From: Macrostomum lignano
Taxonomy: Eukaryota
Length of the DNA: 64,000 nucleotides
Direction of reading: 5' to 3'
Assembly: GCA_002269645.1 (NCBI GenBank)
Contig: NIVC01001330.1
Location: 186,001 to 250,000 of the forward strand
Made by a program: the position numbers and the translations under genes. A model generated the notes under the pieces. It worked only from the letters and a program-made list of their open reading frames with translations. It was not told where the DNA came from and made no database searches. Below are positions 63,317 through 64,000 of this stretch, in pieces (the stretch's first letter is position 1; every line of letters begins with the position of its first letter).

Positions 63317-63476
63317 GTTGGTTTTTTAGTTCATTTGTGATTGCACTTGGTCTCTTAATGCCCATTGAGGTGGGGGGGGGGGCTTGCAGCGCTGCCGTAC
63401 AGTCGACAGTCGACTCCTGTACAACAGACAACAAGGTTGTACATGGGGCTTCTTTGAATTTCTAATCGCCAAGCAT

Positions 63477-63625
63477 GATGTACACTCACTGATGTACACT
63501 CTCTGATGTACACTCTCTGATGTACACTCTGTGATGTACACTCTCTGATGTACACTCTCTGATTTACACTCTCTGATGTACACTCTCTGATGTACACTCT
63601 CTGATGTACACTCTCTGATGTACAC
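63477..63625. repeat. 14-bp intronic minisatellite (TGATGTACACTCTC)
   Basis: Direct inspection. Confidence 0.92.
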
Positions 63626-64000
63626 CCTTGAGGGTTGGCCTTTGGATGATTTGGATGAATGATGTGATTTCGAAAACACACTGGCAGTGTGTGCAGGCAG
63701 ACACTGTAACCTCTTTGTACAGTGTAGGCTCACCTTCTGACTCATAATTTTCAAAACCCACTTTGAGGCCGCGCCTTCAGTGTACATTGAGGGGCAGAGA
63801 AATTAAAAGCGATCGATCATTCTACAGAGATGGACGGCACTGCTAGCCGCAGACTGTGGTCCAAAAGTACAATAGGCCTAATTATCTTAACGGAGTTGAG
63901 TAATCCCGGCTTCACTCCGAACGTCAAGAACGCCAGAGCTATTCATGATTTATGGAACTGCCGGGCTGAGGGGTGGCAGGGGTGGGGGCCGATCGAGCTG

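Overview
Animal (invertebrate) genomic DNA: spliceosomal GT-AG introns, GC-rich host exons and very large mini/microsatellite blocks. The style recalls a free-living flatworm such as Macrostomum, but that is an unverified inference. Bases 1 to about 7.1 kb are one end of an apparently intact endogenous Polinton/Maverick (adintovirus-like) element: eight compact, undisrupted ORFs including a packaging ATPase, a double-jelly-roll major capsid protein, a penton, a membrane protein missed by the ORF track that carries PTAP and LYPxI motifs, and GxG-motif core proteins, followed by subterminal repeats. The polymerase, integrase and protease are not in the window. Host genes reconstructed by hand: an intronless Ly6/uPAR GPI-anchored protein, a 6-exon ankyrin-repeat plus STE/MAP3K-type kinase, 6-exon H6PD, 4-exon DNALI1, and the first coding exon of a KCNN (SK) channel. 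An orphan kinesin-6 exon carries an in-frame TGA. Mobile-element relics: two Crypton tyrosine-recombinase fragments, a possible third spliced YR-like relic, a 3.2 kb CCC-terminated EnSpm/CMC-like element inserted in a Gypsy pol, LINE 3' ends, two tRNA-derived SINE families (one with a CORE domain) and a Penelope-type hammerhead motif. All family assignments come from recalled motifs; no database search was run.
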